64,000 bases of DNA from Dehalococcoidia bacterium (GTDB lineage: Bacteria; Chloroflexota; Dehalococcoidia; GIF9; UBA5629): the NCBI GenBank assembly GCA_050011565.1, contig JBEKIW010000002.1, forward strand, positions 288,001 through 352,000, read 5' to 3'. Both the position numbers and the translations under genes were made by a program. Shown here one piece after another: positions 1 through 10,277 of the stretch. The notes beneath the pieces were generated by a model. The model worked only from the letters and a program-made list of their open reading frames with translations, was not told the DNA's origin and did no database searches. Each line of letters opens with the position of its first letter. Within the stretch, counting starts at the first letter, position 1.

Positions 1-1197
1 GGTGAGACGGATGTTCGGCCGGCCAGTGATGATGCTCCGTTTTCAGCCCTGGCTTTTAAAGTGGTCGCAGACCCCTTTATGGGCAGGCTCGTTTATTTTC
101 GCGTTTATTCAGGTAAAATCCAGGCGGGAAAGCAAGTCCTTAATTCCAGTAAAGGGCGCAAGGAGCGTTTGGGCAGGTTGATTCTTATGCATGCCAATCG
201 CCGGGAGGAAATTGAAGAGGCTGATACCGGCAGCATTGCCGCCACTCTGGGCTTAAAAGACACCTTCACCGGCGACACCTTGTGTGACCCCGCTAAGCCT
301 GTGCTTCTGGAAACTATCCGTTTCCCGGAGCCGGTACTGTCGATGGTCGTAGAACCCAAGAGCAAGGCGGACCAGGATAAACTCGGCGAAGCCATGAATA
401 AGCTTTCCGAAGAAGACCCCACCTTTAAGGTGCGCACCGACGCGGAAACGGGACAGACACTTATTTCCGGAATGGGCGAGCTGCATCTGGAGGTTTTGAT
501 AGACCGCATGCTCCGTGAGTTTAACGTGAAGGTGAGCGTGGGTAAGCCGCAGGTGGCTTATAAGGAGACCATTACCGTGCCGGTAGAATCAGAAGGCAGA
601 TTTATCCGTCAGTTCGGCGGCCATGGCCAATACGGGCATGTATGGCTCAAGCTCGAGCCGGGTGAACGGGGCAGCGGCTTCAGGTTCGTTGACCAGATTC
701 GCGGTGGAGACGTACCCAAGGAGTATATTCCGGAAGTTGAAGCCGGTGTGAAGGAAGCTTTAGAAAGTGGTGTCGTCGCCGGCTATCCGATAGTAGATAT
801 CAAGGCGACCGCGTTTGATGGTAGCTTCCATGAGGTGGATTCCTCTGATTTAGCTTTCAAAATGGCAGGTTCCATAGCCCTCAAGGAAGGTGTGCGTAAG
901 GCTAAACCGGTAATACTGGAGCCTATTATGAAGTTGGAGGTCGTCATGCCGGCCCAATTCCTGGGCGAGGTCATCGGAGACCTGAATTCAAGAAGAGGAC
1001 ACATCGATGGTATCGAGACTCACGGTGAAACTTGCGTGGTCCGGGCTCTGGTCCCACTGGCTGAGACTTTTGGTTATGCCACGATTCTCAGGTCACTGAG
1101 CCAGGGCAGAGCAACCTATTCACTGGAGTTTAACTGTTACAGAGAGTTACCAGTTAATCTGGCTGAGCAAATAGAGGTCAGGGTCAGGGGTAGATAA
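1..1197 (+). CDS. fusA: Elongation factor G, 5'-truncated by the window edge
   Basis: Frame open from base 1; motifs [39 protein letters not shown]. Confidence 0.97.
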   Translation, partial: GETDVRPASDDAPFSALAFKVVADPFMGRLVYFRVYSGKIQAGKQVLNSSKGRKERLGRLILMHANRREEIEEADTGSIAATLGLKDTFTGDTLCDPAKPVLLETIRFPEPVLSMVVEPKSKADQDKLGEAMNKLSEEDPTFKVRTDAETGQTLISGMGELHLEVLIDRMLREFNVKVSVGKPQVAYKETITVPVESEGRFIRQFGGHGQYGHVWLKLEPGERGSGFRFVDQIRGGDVPKEYIPEVEAGVKEALESGVVAGYPIVDIKATAFDGSFHEVDSSDLAFKMAGSIALKEGVRKAKPVILEPIMKLEVVMPAQFLGEVIGDLNSRRGHIDGIETHGETCVVRALVPLAETFGYATILRSLSQGRATYSLEFNCYRELPVNLAEQIEVRVRGR

Positions 1198-1505
1198 TGC
1201 CTAAACAAAAGATTCGAATCAGAATAAAGGGATATGACCACAGATTAGTTGACCAGTCCGTGGAACAGATTGTAGAGACTGCGGAGCGCACCGGTGCTGT
1301 CGTAATCGGCCCCGTGCCCCTGCCTACTCAAATCGAGAAGTTTTGTGTTATTCGCTCTCCCTTTATTGATAAAGATTCGCGAGAACAATTCGAGATGCGT
1401 ACGCACAAGCGCCTTATCGATATCCTGGGGCCGACTTCAAAAACTATAGACGCATTGACTCAGCTCCAGCTGCCCTCAGGGGTGGAAATAGATATCAGGT
1501 TATAG
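1197..1505 (+). CDS. rpsJ: 30S ribosomal protein S10
   Basis: [40 protein letters not shown]. Confidence 0.98.
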   Translation: MPKQKIRIRIKGYDHRLVDQSVEQIVETAERTGAVVIGPVPLPTQIEKFCVIRSPFIDKDSREQFEMRTHKRLIDILGPTSKTIDALTQLQLPSGVEIDIRL

Positions 1506-1512
1506 CCGTAAA

Positions 1513-2130
1513 ATGATTCAGGGTTTAATTGGCAGGAAAGTAGGTATGACGCAACTTTTCCAGGACGATGGAGAAGTGGTGGTTACAGCCATTGAAGCCG
1601 GTCCTTGCTTTATTACTCAAGTAAAGACCGAGGCTAAGGATGGTTATAATGCTGTTCAGCTTGGCTTTGGAGAAGCCAAGCGACTTAGCTCTCCGGAGAA
1701 AGGTCACGTAAAAGAGATTGGTCAGCTGAAACATTTGCGGGAATTTCCAGTTGATGATGTCGAGTCTGCTCAGGTAGGGCAGAAAATTGACGCTGATATG
1801 TTTAAGCCCGGCGATTTAATTAATGTTATCGGCATATCAAAAGGCAAGGGCTTTGCCGGTGTGGTAAAGCGCCATCATTTTGCCGGTGGCCCCAAGACCC
1901 ACGGGCAGTCCGACCGCCATCGAGCTCCGGGCTCGATTGGTGCCACGACGTCACCGGGACGGGTATTTAAGGGAACACGCATGGCAGGGCACATGGGAGA
2001 CAGGCGGGTGACACAGCGCAATCTTAAAGTGCTCAATGTGGATTTAGCCCGCCACTTATTATTGGTGAGGGGAGCAGTACCCGGTGCTAGGAAGGGACTG
2101 TTGCTGATTAAGAAAGCCGGTGGGGGATAA
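1513..2130 (+). CDS. rplC: 50S ribosomal protein L3
   Basis: GRKVGMTQ, SKGKGFAGVVKRH, HRAPGSIG, MAGHMG. Confidence 0.98.
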   Translation: MIQGLIGRKVGMTQLFQDDGEVVVTAIEAGPCFITQVKTEAKDGYNAVQLGFGEAKRLSSPEKGHVKEIGQLKHLREFPVDDVESAQVGQKIDADMFKPGDLINVIGISKGKGFAGVVKRHHFAGGPKTHGQSDRHRAPGSIGATTSPGRVFKGTRMAGHMGDRRVTQRNLKVLNVDLARHLLLVRGAVPGARKGLLLIKKAGGG

Positions 2131-2135
2131 ATAGA

Positions 2136-2792
2136 GTGAAATTTCAAGTCTATAATTTGAATGGTAAAGCGACTAAGCAAATCGAAATAAGAGACGATAT
2201 CTTTGCTGTTTCCTTTAATGAGGCTGTGGTGCATCAGGCGTTGGTCAGGCAGTTGGCAGATAAACGTCTGGGAACTGCTGATACTAAGAGAAGAGGCGAG
2301 GTTACTGGCAGCGGCAGGAAAATTCATGCACAAAAGCATACCGGCCGGGCGCGTCGCGGCGATATCAGGTCGCCCATGCTCAAAGGCGGGGGAGTCGCTT
2401 TTGGTCCCCACCCCAGGAGCTATCGGCAGGATATGCCCAAAAAGATGCGCCGTTTGGCTTTGAAGTGCGTCCTTTCGGATAAAGCAGGCAGCGGAGAGCT
2501 GAAAATTGTGGACAAACTTAAGCTTGATAGCCTGAAAACGAGGGCGGTGCTGGATATGTTGATAGCGCTGGGTATTGGCGATTCTGTAATCATCGCCACC
2601 GCCGGAGCTCAAGCTAATTTGGTTAAGTCAGCGCGTAATTTAGCGGGCGTCAAAACAATACCGGCGCCTTTGCTTAGCGTCGGTGAATTACTGTCATATA
2701 AGGACATAGTAATGGATGTCGATGCGATTCGGAAGGTGGAAAAGATTTGGGGCGAAAAGCCGGTAGCGGAGGCGGCGGCCAGCACCGGATAA
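2136..2792 (+). CDS. rplD: 50S ribosomal protein L4
   Basis: GTADTKRRGEV, QKHTGRAR, GGGVAFGPHPR. Confidence 0.98.
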   Translation: MKFQVYNLNGKATKQIEIRDDIFAVSFNEAVVHQALVRQLADKRLGTADTKRRGEVTGSGRKIHAQKHTGRARRGDIRSPMLKGGGVAFGPHPRSYRQDMPKKMRRLALKCVLSDKAGSGELKIVDKLKLDSLKTRAVLDMLIALGIGDSVIIATAGAQANLVKSARNLAGVKTIPAPLLSVGELLSYKDIVMDVDAIRKVEKIWGEKPVAEAAASTG

Positions 2793-2813
2793 TATTCTGA
2801 GGTTTTGTTAAGT

Positions 2814-3098
2814 ATGCATCCTTATCAGGTAGTAAAAAGACCTTTGATAACTGAAAAGGCTACGATTATGAAAGAGCGAAATAAGTACGCCTTTGAAGTG
2901 ATGAAAGAGGCTAACAAGCGACAAATTAAGGAGGCCGTAGAGGTTGCCTTCAAGGTTAATGTCGTTAAAGTTACTGTTATGACTGTCCCGGGGAAGATGA
3001 GAAGAATAGGCAAACGGCAGGCGCTGACACCGACCTGGAAGAAGGCGGTTGTTACCCTGACACCGGGAGAAAAGATAGAGTTCTTCGAGGGAGTTTAA
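2814..3098 (+). CDS. rplW: 50S ribosomal protein L23
   Basis: PLITEKA, WKKAVVTL; ATG at 2814 preferred over TTG at 2805. Confidence 0.96.
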   Translation: MHPYQVVKRPLITEKATIMKERNKYAFEVMKEANKRQIKEAVEVAFKVNVVKVTVMTVPGKMRRIGKRQALTPTWKKAVVTLTPGEKIEFFEGV

Positions 3099-3117
3099 TT
3101 AAGGTAGGGGAATAGAA

Positions 3118-3213
3118 TTGGGCTCAGTTATTAAAAAACGGAAGAAAAAAATGGCGAAGCATAAGCATCGCAAGCTCCTGAGAAAGACGCGATGGCAAAG
3201 GAGACATCCCTAG
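3118..3213 (+). CDS. Small basic ribosomal protein bS22-like (AURKAIP1/COX24/mS38 family), 31 aa, not in ORF track
   Basis: TTG start after a purine-rich AGGTAGGGGAA; translates [31 protein letters not shown], closely resembling actinobacterial bS22 ([25 protein letters not shown]...). Confidence 0.9.
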   Translation: [31 protein letters not shown]

Positions 3214-3231
3214 ACTTAGGGGAGGCAAGCT

Positions 3232-4053
3232 TTGGCATTAAAAACTTATCGCCCAACATCACCTGGCAGGCGGGGCATGGTTAGCGCCTCTTTTGAGGAA
3301 ATAACCAAGACAGTTCCCGAGAGATCGCTATTGTTGCCGATTAGGAAAAAAGCGGGGCGTAACAATAGAGGTGTAGTAACGGTGCGGCATAGGGGTGGCG
3401 GCGCTAAACGTAGATTACGGATAATCGACTTTAAGCGAGATAAAATAGATGTTCAGGGGAAGGTAGTTGCCGTTGAATATGACCCGAACCGCTCGGCTCG
3501 TATTGCTCTTATTTATTACGCCGACGGAGAGAAACGTTACATTCTGGCGCCTCTTGGTCTCAATGTGGGTGACACCATAATGACCGGAGAGGGTGCGGAG
3601 ATAAAGCCCGGTAATACCCTGCCGCTAAGCGCGATTCCGGATGGTACATTGATTCATAATCTTGAATTTGAACCTGGAAAAGGCGGGCAGATAGTGCGTA
3701 GTGCCGGCACAGCAGCTCAGCTTTTGGGTAAAGAGGGCAGATATGCGCTTGTTCGTTTGCCTTCCGGTGAGGTACGGCGTTTTTTGAGCGATTGCTTGGC
3801 TACCGTGGGGCAAGTATGCAATGTTGAACATCAAGGCGTGAAGTCGGGCAAGGCTGGGCGGATACGATTGCTAGGACGGCGCCCCCAAGTTCGAGGCTCA
3901 GCCATGACGCCACGTGACCACCCCCATGGTGGAGGTGAAGGTAGAGCGCCCAGGGGAATGGCGCCAAGCACACCGTGGGGTAAGCAGGCTTTGGGACCGA
4001 AGACGCGCCGGAACAAGGCTTCAGATAGATTAATTGTCAAGCGTCGGAAATAG
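3232..4053 (+). CDS. rplB: 50S ribosomal protein L2
   Basis: [27 protein letters not shown]. Confidence 0.98.
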   Translation: MALKTYRPTSPGRRGMVSASFEEITKTVPERSLLLPIRKKAGRNNRGVVTVRHRGGGAKRRLRIIDFKRDKIDVQGKVVAVEYDPNRSARIALIYYADGEKRYILAPLGLNVGDTIMTGEGAEIKPGNTLPLSAIPDGTLIHNLEFEPGKGGQIVRSAGTAAQLLGKEGRYALVRLPSGEVRRFLSDCLATVGQVCNVEHQGVKSGKAGRIRLLGRRPQVRGSAMTPRDHPHGGGEGRAPRGMAPSTPWGKQALGPKTRRNKASDRLIVKRRK

Positions 4054-4080
4054 AAAGGTAGTTGAAAAGGCAGGAACAGA

Positions 4081-4380
4081 ATGTCACGCTCATCTAAAAA
4101 AGGTCCTTATTGTGACGCTAAGTTACTTAGAAAGATAACAACGCTGAATCGTTCCGGAGAGAAGGTAGTGATAAAGACCTGGTCACGTGCCTCTACAGTA
4201 ATGCCGGAGATGATAGGTCATACAATTGGCGTACATGATGGGCGACGGCATGTGCCTATCTTTATCACTGAGAATATGGTAGGGCACAAGCTTGGCGAAT
4301 TCGCTATAACCCGGACATTCCGCGGGCATGTTAGCAAGGCGCAAGTAACTGTTGTGCCAAAGAAGCCGGAAGCGGTATAA
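4081..4380 (+). CDS. rpsS: 30S ribosomal protein S19
   Basis: [26 protein letters not shown]. Confidence 0.98.
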   Translation: MSRSSKKGPYCDAKLLRKITTLNRSGEKVVIKTWSRASTVMPEMIGHTIGVHDGRRHVPIFITENMVGHKLGEFAITRTFRGHVSKAQVTVVPKKPEAV

Positions 4381-4383
4381 ACG

Positions 4384-4737
4384 ATGAAAGTATCAGCCAT
4401 ATCTAAAGATGTTCGTGTTTCGTCTCGTAAAGTCAAGCTGATTGTAGACATGGTACGAGGCAGAAAAGTTGATGAGGCTTTGACCATCCTCAGGTTCTTG
4501 CCGCCTACGCTGGCAGCGCAGGCTGTGGCTAAGACGATTAAGTCGGCAGCAGCAAATGCGGAAAATAATTTTCAGATGGAACCTGCTGGGCTTAAGATAA
4601 CCGATATCTTCGCTAATGAGGGACATACTTTCAAGAGATTCCGGGCACAGGCACGGGGTCGGATTAATCCTATTTTGAAGCGAAGTACTCATATCAATGT
4701 TTTCGTTGCCGAGGAGGAAGAGCAAAGTGGGACATAA
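4384..4737 (+). CDS. rplV: 50S ribosomal protein L22
   Basis: SSRKVKLIVDMVRG, SAAANAENN, ARGRINPILKRSTHI. Confidence 0.97.
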   Translation: MKVSAISKDVRVSSRKVKLIVDMVRGRKVDEALTILRFLPPTLAAQAVAKTIKSAAANAENNFQMEPAGLKITDIFANEGHTFKRFRAQARGRINPILKRSTHINVFVAEEEEQSGT

Positions 4738-5398
4738 GGTACACCCTTACGGTTTTAGAATCGGTATCATCCGGGGTTGGCTGGCCAAGTGGTACGACGA
4801 GAAGCACTATGCCGAGTTTCTGCATGAAGATTTGAAGTTGCGCCGGGCCATTAATGAGAGGTGCGCTGACGGCGGCATTGCCAGGACGGAAATTGACCAC
4901 CAGGGTAATGAAATTCTGGTAACTTTGTTTTCCTCACGCCCCGGCATTGTTATTGGCAGAGGAGGACAGCGCGCTGAAGAGTTGAGGTCATACTTAGAGG
5001 AAATCGGTGGCAAGAGAGTGCGGCTGTCGATAAAAGAGGTCGAGCAACCTGAATTGGAAGCTCGATTGGTGGCCAAGAATGTGGCTGACCAGCTTGAACG
5101 CCGGATGGCTTTCAGGAGAGCCATGAAGCAAGCAGCTTTCAGGACAATGCAAGCCGGTGCCAAAGGAGTGAAGATAAGCTGTGCCGGAAGGTTGGGCGGC
5201 AACGAGATTGCTCGCCGTGAAACCACTCTCCAGGGCCAGTTGCCGTTACATACACTTACTGCCGATATTGACTATGGTTTTGCTGAAGCTCGCACTACGC
5301 TGGGCAATATCGGAGTTAAAGTCTGGGTTTACAAAGGTCATATTTATCCTGAAGTAAGGAGAGAAAGTGCTACAGCCGAAAAGAGTGAAGTATCGTAA
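4727..5398 (+). CDS. rpsC: 30S ribosomal protein S3
   Basis: GTG start at 4727 gives [13 protein letters not shown]; [20 protein letters not shown]. Confidence 0.97.
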   Translation: MGHKVHPYGFRIGIIRGWLAKWYDEKHYAEFLHEDLKLRRAINERCADGGIARTEIDHQGNEILVTLFSSRPGIVIGRGGQRAEELRSYLEEIGGKRVRLSIKEVEQPELEARLVAKNVADQLERRMAFRRAMKQAAFRTMQAGAKGVKISCAGRLGGNEIARRETTLQGQLPLHTLTADIDYGFAEARTTLGNIGVKVWVYKGHIYPEVRRESATAEKSEVS

Positions 5399-5798
5399 AA
5401 CTCATCGAGGGCAAATGAGAGGCAAGGCCCATGCCGGGAGCACTCTTGTTTTTGGTGAGTTCGGGCTGCAGGCTCAGGAAGCGGCATGGTTGACTTCCAG
5501 GCAGATTGAAGCTGCTCGCCGTGTCATCGTTCGTTATCTACGTCGTGGTGGGCAGATGTGGATTCGCATCTTTCCGGATAAGCCGGTGACCAAGAAACCG
5601 GCGGAGACGCGCATGGGCAGTGGTAAAGGTGCTCCCGACCACTGGGTAGCCGTGGTCAGGCCGGGAAGAATGCTATACGAAATAGGCGGCATAAAAGAAA
5701 ATATGGCCAAAGAAGCATTGCATTTAGCTGCGTATAAGCTGCCTATTGCTACCAGGTTTGTAGCCAAAGAGACGGTTAAAGAAGAGGTAACAAGTTGA
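5367..5798 (+). CDS. rplP: 50S ribosomal protein L16
   Basis: [27 protein letters not shown]. Confidence 0.98.
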   Translation: MLQPKRVKYRKTHRGQMRGKAHAGSTLVFGEFGLQAQEAAWLTSRQIEAARRVIVRYLRRGGQMWIRIFPDKPVTKKPAETRMGSGKGAPDHWVAVVRPGRMLYEIGGIKENMAKEALHLAAYKLPIATRFVAKETVKEEVTS

Positions 5799-5992
5799 AG
5801 GTTGACGAAGTTCGCTCTTTAGCCGATGCGGAATTATTAAAGCGGCTAGGTGAAGCTCGCCAGGAGCTTTTTAATTTAAAAATTCGCTTATCTACCCGGC
5901 AACTTGCCAATCATCGCGAGCTGCCTAAGGTAAAGAAGAAAATCGCCAGAATGGAGACAATATTAAAAGAGAGGGAGCTTGGCATAAGATAG
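5795..5992 (+). CDS. rpmC: 50S ribosomal protein L29
   Basis: ELFNLK...[14 protein letters not shown]; operon position. Confidence 0.96.
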   Translation: MKVDEVRSLADAELLKRLGEARQELFNLKIRLSTRQLANHRELPKVKKKIARMETILKERELGIR

Positions 5993-5995
5993 CTT

Positions 5996-6277
5996 ATGAA
6001 AGAGAATCGAAAAACGAGAACCGGCACCGTAATCAGCGATAAGATGGATAAAACGGTGATAGTATTGGTGGAAAGCTTAAGACGTCACCCTCTTTATAAG
6101 AAAGTGGTCAGGGAAGCCTCCAAATTCAAGGTCCATGATGCGACCAATGCATGCAAAGTTGGTGACGTGGTCAAGATTGTTGAGACCCGTCCTTTATCTA
6201 AAGATAAATGTTGGCGGGTGGTTGAAATAATAGGCAGGAAGGAAGTGGCTGAGAAAGAGCCGACGGAAGTAATCTAG
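5996..6277 (+). CDS. rpsQ: 30S ribosomal protein S17
   Basis: SDKMDKTV, HPLYKK, ETRPLSK. Confidence 0.97.
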   Translation: MKENRKTRTGTVISDKMDKTVIVLVESLRRHPLYKKVVREASKFKVHDATNACKVGDVVKIVETRPLSKDKCWRVVEIIGRKEVAEKEPTEVI

Positions 6278-6298
6278 ATTCAGTCAGGTATAGAGACA

Positions 6299-6667
6299 GT
6301 GATTCAGCCTTACACCAGACTAAAAGTAGCCGATAATACCGGAGCCCGGCAGATAATGTGTATCAACGTGCCTGGCGGCACGCGGAGGAGATATGCTACT
6401 GTCGGCGATATTATTGTGGGTACAGTGAAGCGAGCCATACCCGGCGGTGTGGTCAAAAAGAGCGAAGTCGTTAGGGCAGTAGTGGTGCGTGTAACCCAGC
6501 AACATCATCGTCCGGATGGCTCTTATATTAGATTCGATGACAATGCAGCAGTTATCCTGGATGACAAAAACAACCCCAGAGGAACTCGTATTTTTGGTCC
6601 AGTGGCCAGAGAGCTCCGAGATAAAAATTTTATGAAGATAATATCCCTGGCTCCTGAGGTTCTGTGA
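6299..6667 (+). CDS. rplN: 50S ribosomal protein L14
   Basis: [26 protein letters not shown]. Confidence 0.98.
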   Translation: MIQPYTRLKVADNTGARQIMCINVPGGTRRRYATVGDIIVGTVKRAIPGGVVKKSEVVRAVVVRVTQQHHRPDGSYIRFDDNAAVILDDKNNPRGTRIFGPVARELRDKNFMKIISLAPEVL

Positions 6668-6668
6668 A

Positions 6669-6980
6669 ATGAAGATTAGGAAAAATGATACGGTCCTGGT
6701 TATCGCCGGCAAAGATAGAGGTAAGAAGGGCAAGGTACGAAAGGCTTTACCCAGGAAAGATAAGGTTATAGTAGAAGGCGTTAATATGATTAAGCGCCAT
6801 TCCCGAGCTAAAGGTCAAGCCAGGCAGGCCGGCATAATTGAACTGGAAGCGCCCCTGGACATATCTAATGTCATGTTGATTTGCAACAAATGTAATAAGC
6901 CGGCCAGGGTGGGCTTTCGTTTTCTCAGTGATGGTAGAAAAGCGAGAGTCTGTCGCTCCTGTGATGAAGTAATCGACTGA
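6669..6980 (+). CDS. rplX: 50S ribosomal protein L24
   Basis: [28 protein letters not shown]. Confidence 0.98.
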   Translation: MKIRKNDTVLVIAGKDRGKKGKVRKALPRKDKVIVEGVNMIKRHSRAKGQARQAGIIELEAPLDISNVMLICNKCNKPARVGFRFLSDGRKARVCRSCDEVID

Positions 6981-6994
6981 TTGAAAGGTGCATT

Positions 6995-7543
6995 TTGCCA
7001 GTATCCCGCTTGAAAGAAAAATATAACAAAGAAGTGGTGCCCGAGCTAATGCGTAAGTTCGGGTACAAGAATGTGATGCAGGTGCCGAGGCTCAGCAAAA
7101 TCGTACTAAATATCGGCCTGGGCGAAGCGATACAAAACCCGAAGGCTCTAGAAAGCGCGGAAAAGGATTTGGCGGCTATTTCGGGTCAGCATCCCGTAAT
7201 CACCCGGGCTAAGCAGTCTATTGCCGCCTTTAAACTCAGAGCCGGAATGCCTATCGGCATGATGGTGATACTGCATGGCGGACGGATGTATGACTTCTTC
7301 GATAAACTGGTCAGTGTTGTTTTAGCGCGGATGAGGGATTTTCAAGGAGTGTCCCGGGATTCGTTCGATGGCAAAGGCAACTACACCTTGGGCATTAAGG
7401 AACAGGTAGTTTTTCCTGAGATTGACTACGATAAAGTGGATAAGCTGCGAGGATTTGAAATAATCATCGTCACTACTGCGAATAGCAATGAGGAAGGCAG
7501 GAGCCTGCTTGAGTCTATGGGCATGCCTTTTAGAAGGAGTTAG
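6995..7543 (+). CDS. rplE: 50S ribosomal protein L5
   Basis: [29 protein letters not shown]. Confidence 0.98.
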   Translation: MPVSRLKEKYNKEVVPELMRKFGYKNVMQVPRLSKIVLNIGLGEAIQNPKALESAEKDLAAISGQHPVITRAKQSIAAFKLRAGMPIGMMVILHGGRMYDFFDKLVSVVLARMRDFQGVSRDSFDGKGNYTLGIKEQVVFPEIDYDKVDKLRGFEIIIVTTANSNEEGRSLLESMGMPFRRS

Positions 7544-7554
7544 ATTCTCATAAA

Positions 7555-7740
7555 ATGGCAAAATTATCTATGGTTTTAAAATCACAGCGTCCTCCTAAGT
7601 ACAAAGTGCAGCACCGGAGCAGATGCAAATTGTGCGGTAGACCGCGTGCCTACATACGCAAATTCGGTTTGTGCCGTATTTGTTTTCGGGAGCGGGCTTT
7701 AAAAGGTGAAATCCCGGGGGTTAGAAAATCTAGCTGGTGA
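7555..7740 (+). CDS. rpsN: 30S ribosomal protein S14, zinc-binding type Z
   Basis: RCKLCGRP...LCRICFRE...IPGVRKSSW. Confidence 0.97.
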   Translation: MAKLSMVLKSQRPPKYKVQHRSRCKLCGRPRAYIRKFGLCRICFRERALKGEIPGVRKSSW

Positions 7741-7766
7741 TTGAAAGCGCTGGAGGCATAAATTAA

Positions 7767-8159
7767 ATGGTTACTGACCCGATAGCTGATATGTTAACTC
7801 GGATTCGAAACGCAATCATGGCACACCATGATAGCGTGCAAATGCCGGCTTCGAGAATTAAGCTATCTATCGCCAAGATACTTAAAGACGAGGGATTTGT
7901 AGCCGATTATACCGTTCTCAAGGGTAAACCGCAGCGGATAATTAAGATATCTTTGAAATACATGGACGGACGCCCTGCCATTGCCGGTTTAGAAAGAGCC
8001 AGCAAGCCGGGGCTGAGATTGTATGTTGGCGGTCATGAAATTCCCCGTGTCTATGGTGGGCTTGGCATTTCTATTTTGTCCACCTCCAAGGGTGTTATGT
8101 CCGGCCAGGAGGCATGGCATAAAAATATAGGTGGTGAATTATTATGCTACATTTGGTAA
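7767..8159 (+). CDS. rpsH: 30S ribosomal protein S8
   Basis: [30 protein letters not shown]. Confidence 0.98.
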   Translation: MVTDPIADMLTRIRNAIMAHHDSVQMPASRIKLSIAKILKDEGFVADYTVLKGKPQRIIKISLKYMDGRPAIAGLERASKPGLRLYVGGHEIPRVYGGLGISILSTSKGVMSGQEAWHKNIGGELLCYIW

Positions 8160-8181
8160 ATAAGCTTTTGGAGAATAGTTA

Positions 8182-8733
8182 GTGTCTCGAATAGGGTTAA
8201 TGCCCATACCTGTGCCTCAAGGCGTCAAAGTCAACATTAAGGGCAATGAAGTGACGGTTGAGGGCACCAAGGGTAAGCTGGTACGCTTGTTTCACCCCGA
8301 TATTTCTATTGCGTTAAAGGATGGAAATTTGATAGTGTCGCGACCCTCCGATAATAGAAATCATCGTGCTCTACACGGTTTAACTCGAAGTCTTTTGGCT
8401 AACATGGTTGAGGGCGTAACCAAGGGGTTTGAAAAGGTCCTTGAACTGAGAGGTGTTGGGTACCGGGCACAAAAAGTCGGCAATAAAGTATCTCTGCAAA
8501 TCGGGTTCAGCCATCCGGTAGAGTTTACGCCTTCGGCTGGCGTGGAGATTATGGTTGATGGGACAAACCGGCTTCGAATTGTTGGCATTGACAAGGAGGC
8601 TGTGGGCGAGACCGCGGCTCAAATTAGATCTCTGCGGCCCGTGGACTCATATAAGGGCAAAGGCGTTAAATATGCCGGCGAGAAACTAAGGCTTAAACCC
8701 GGTAAAGCGGGCAAGGCAGCGCTGAAAGGATAA
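8182..8733 (+). CDS. rplF: 50S ribosomal protein L6
   Basis: MSRIG, GVGYRA, YKGKGVKY. Confidence 0.98.
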   Translation: MSRIGLMPIPVPQGVKVNIKGNEVTVEGTKGKLVRLFHPDISIALKDGNLIVSRPSDNRNHRALHGLTRSLLANMVEGVTKGFEKVLELRGVGYRAQKVGNKVSLQIGFSHPVEFTPSAGVEIMVDGTNRLRIVGIDKEAVGETAAQIRSLRPVDSYKGKGVKYAGEKLRLKPGKAGKAALKG

Positions 8734-8739
8734 TAAGCA

Positions 8740-9108
8740 TTGGCGGTAAGGACTGATACAAGAGTAGCGCGAAAGCGAAGGCACGAGCGGGTTAGAGCCA
8801 GGGTAATCGGCACTGACGCTAGACCGCGGCTTTGCGTTTTCCGCAGCTTGAAAAATATTCATGCTCAGGTTATAGACGATTCTACAGGGTATACGCTGGT
8901 TTCGGCGAGCAGTCTGGACGCGGATATAAAGGAAAAAATCACGGGGAAGAAAAAAACGGAAGTTGCCGAACAAGTTGGCTCCCTCGTGGCTCAGCGTGCT
9001 TTAAATAAAGGCATTAAAAAGTTAGCATTTGATAGAGGCGGCTATAAGTATCATGGACGGATAAAAGCTCTGGCGGAAGCTGCCAGAAAAGCCGGCCTGG
9101 ATTTTTGA
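8740..9108 (+). CDS. rplR: 50S ribosomal protein L18
   Basis: [29 protein letters not shown]. Confidence 0.98.
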   Translation: MAVRTDTRVARKRRHERVRARVIGTDARPRLCVFRSLKNIHAQVIDDSTGYTLVSASSLDADIKEKITGKKKTEVAEQVGSLVAQRALNKGIKKLAFDRGGYKYHGRIKALAEAARKAGLDF

Positions 9109-9117
9109 GGTTTAAAG

Positions 9118-9660
9118 ATGAAAGCAATTAAGAGATTAATTCAGGAAAAAACCCGCGTTGATGCTAGCGAGCTTGAACTTAGCGAAAAGCTAGTGTCACT
9201 TAACCGCATAACCAAGGTTGTCAAAGGCGGTAAGCGTCTTCGTTTTAGGGCGCTGGTAGTTGTCGGCGATAGCAACGGGCATGTCGGAATGGGCCTGGGT
9301 AAGGCCAAGGAAGTACCGGAGGCAATTCGCAAGGCTGGTGTTAGAGCTCGGAAGGGGCTTTATAAAGTAACTATGTCAGCGACTACCATACCTCACGAGG
9401 TTCTGGCTAAGTCGGGAGCGGCCAAGGTATTACTTAAGCCGGCATCACCCGGGACTGGAGTTATCGCCGGCGGTAGTGTTCGAGCGGTGCTTGAAGCTGC
9501 CGGTATAAAAGATGTCCTTAGCAAGTCTCTGGGTAGCTCTAATCCGGTTAATGTAGTTAGAGCGACGATATTGGCTTTGGCTAGCTTAGAAAACCCTGAG
9601 GCAGCGGTAGCCAGGCGCAAAGCTGAACTTGAGGTTAAGGAGGCCAGGTCGAGTGGCTAA
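9118..9660 (+). CDS. rpsE: 30S ribosomal protein S5
   Basis: [24 protein letters not shown]. Confidence 0.98.
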   Translation: MKAIKRLIQEKTRVDASELELSEKLVSLNRITKVVKGGKRLRFRALVVVGDSNGHVGMGLGKAKEVPEAIRKAGVRARKGLYKVTMSATTIPHEVLAKSGAAKVLLKPASPGTGVIAGGSVRAVLEAAGIKDVLSKSLGSSNPVNVVRATILALASLENPEAAVARRKAELEVKEARSSG

Positions 9661-9847
9661 ATTGCGTATTAAATGGATAAAGAGTGATATCGGATTTGCC
9701 AGAGTACAGAAACGAACCTTGAAAGCTCTGGGTTTTCATCGCCTTAATGAAACAGTAGAGCAGGAAGATACGCCTTCGGTTAGAGGTATGATAGTTAAAG
9801 TCAGTCATTTAGTTAAAGTGGAAGTGGTCAGCGATGCTGCAGCATAA
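9653..9847 (+). CDS. rpmD: 50S ribosomal protein L30
   Basis: GTG at 9653 after AGGAGG; KSDIG...TLKALG...[12 protein letters not shown]. Confidence 0.95.
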   Translation: MAKLRIKWIKSDIGFARVQKRTLKALGFHRLNETVEQEDTPSVRGMIVKVSHLVKVEVVSDAAA

Positions 9848-10277
9848 CTTGAAGCCTCCGGCAGGTGCCACGCATAAGAGAAAACGCGTAGGGCGTGGCG
9901 ATGGCAGCGGACATGGCTCTTATTCGGGCAAAGGCTGCAAGGGACAGAAAGCACGCTCAGGAGGCGGGGTTCGCCTTGGTTTTGAAGGCGGCCAGCTTGC
10001 CTTAATAAAACGTTTACCTAGAAAACGCGGCTTCGTTAATATTTTTAGAACCGAGTATAGCATAGTTAACGTGGGAGAGCTTAAAGCCTTTTCGGCTAAC
10101 GCTGAGATTACTCCAAAAGAGTTACTCGATATCGGGCTCATCAAGTCTTTCAAGTTTCCCGTTAAGATTCTCGGCGACGGCAAAATTGACCGTCCACTGG
10201 TAGTAAAGGCCAACAAATTCTCGGCCGCTGCTGAAAAGAAAATTGTGGCTGCTGGTGGTAAAGTGGAGGCGATTTAA
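9834..10277 (+). CDS. rplO: 50S ribosomal protein L15
   Basis: KRVGRGDGSG, GQKARSG, GFEGGQ, RLPRKRGF. Confidence 0.98.
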   Translation: MLQHNLKPPAGATHKRKRVGRGDGSGHGSYSGKGCKGQKARSGGGVRLGFEGGQLALIKRLPRKRGFVNIFRTEYSIVNVGELKAFSANAEITPKELLDIGLIKSFKFPVKILGDGKIDRPLVVKANKFSAAAEKKIVAAGGKVEAI

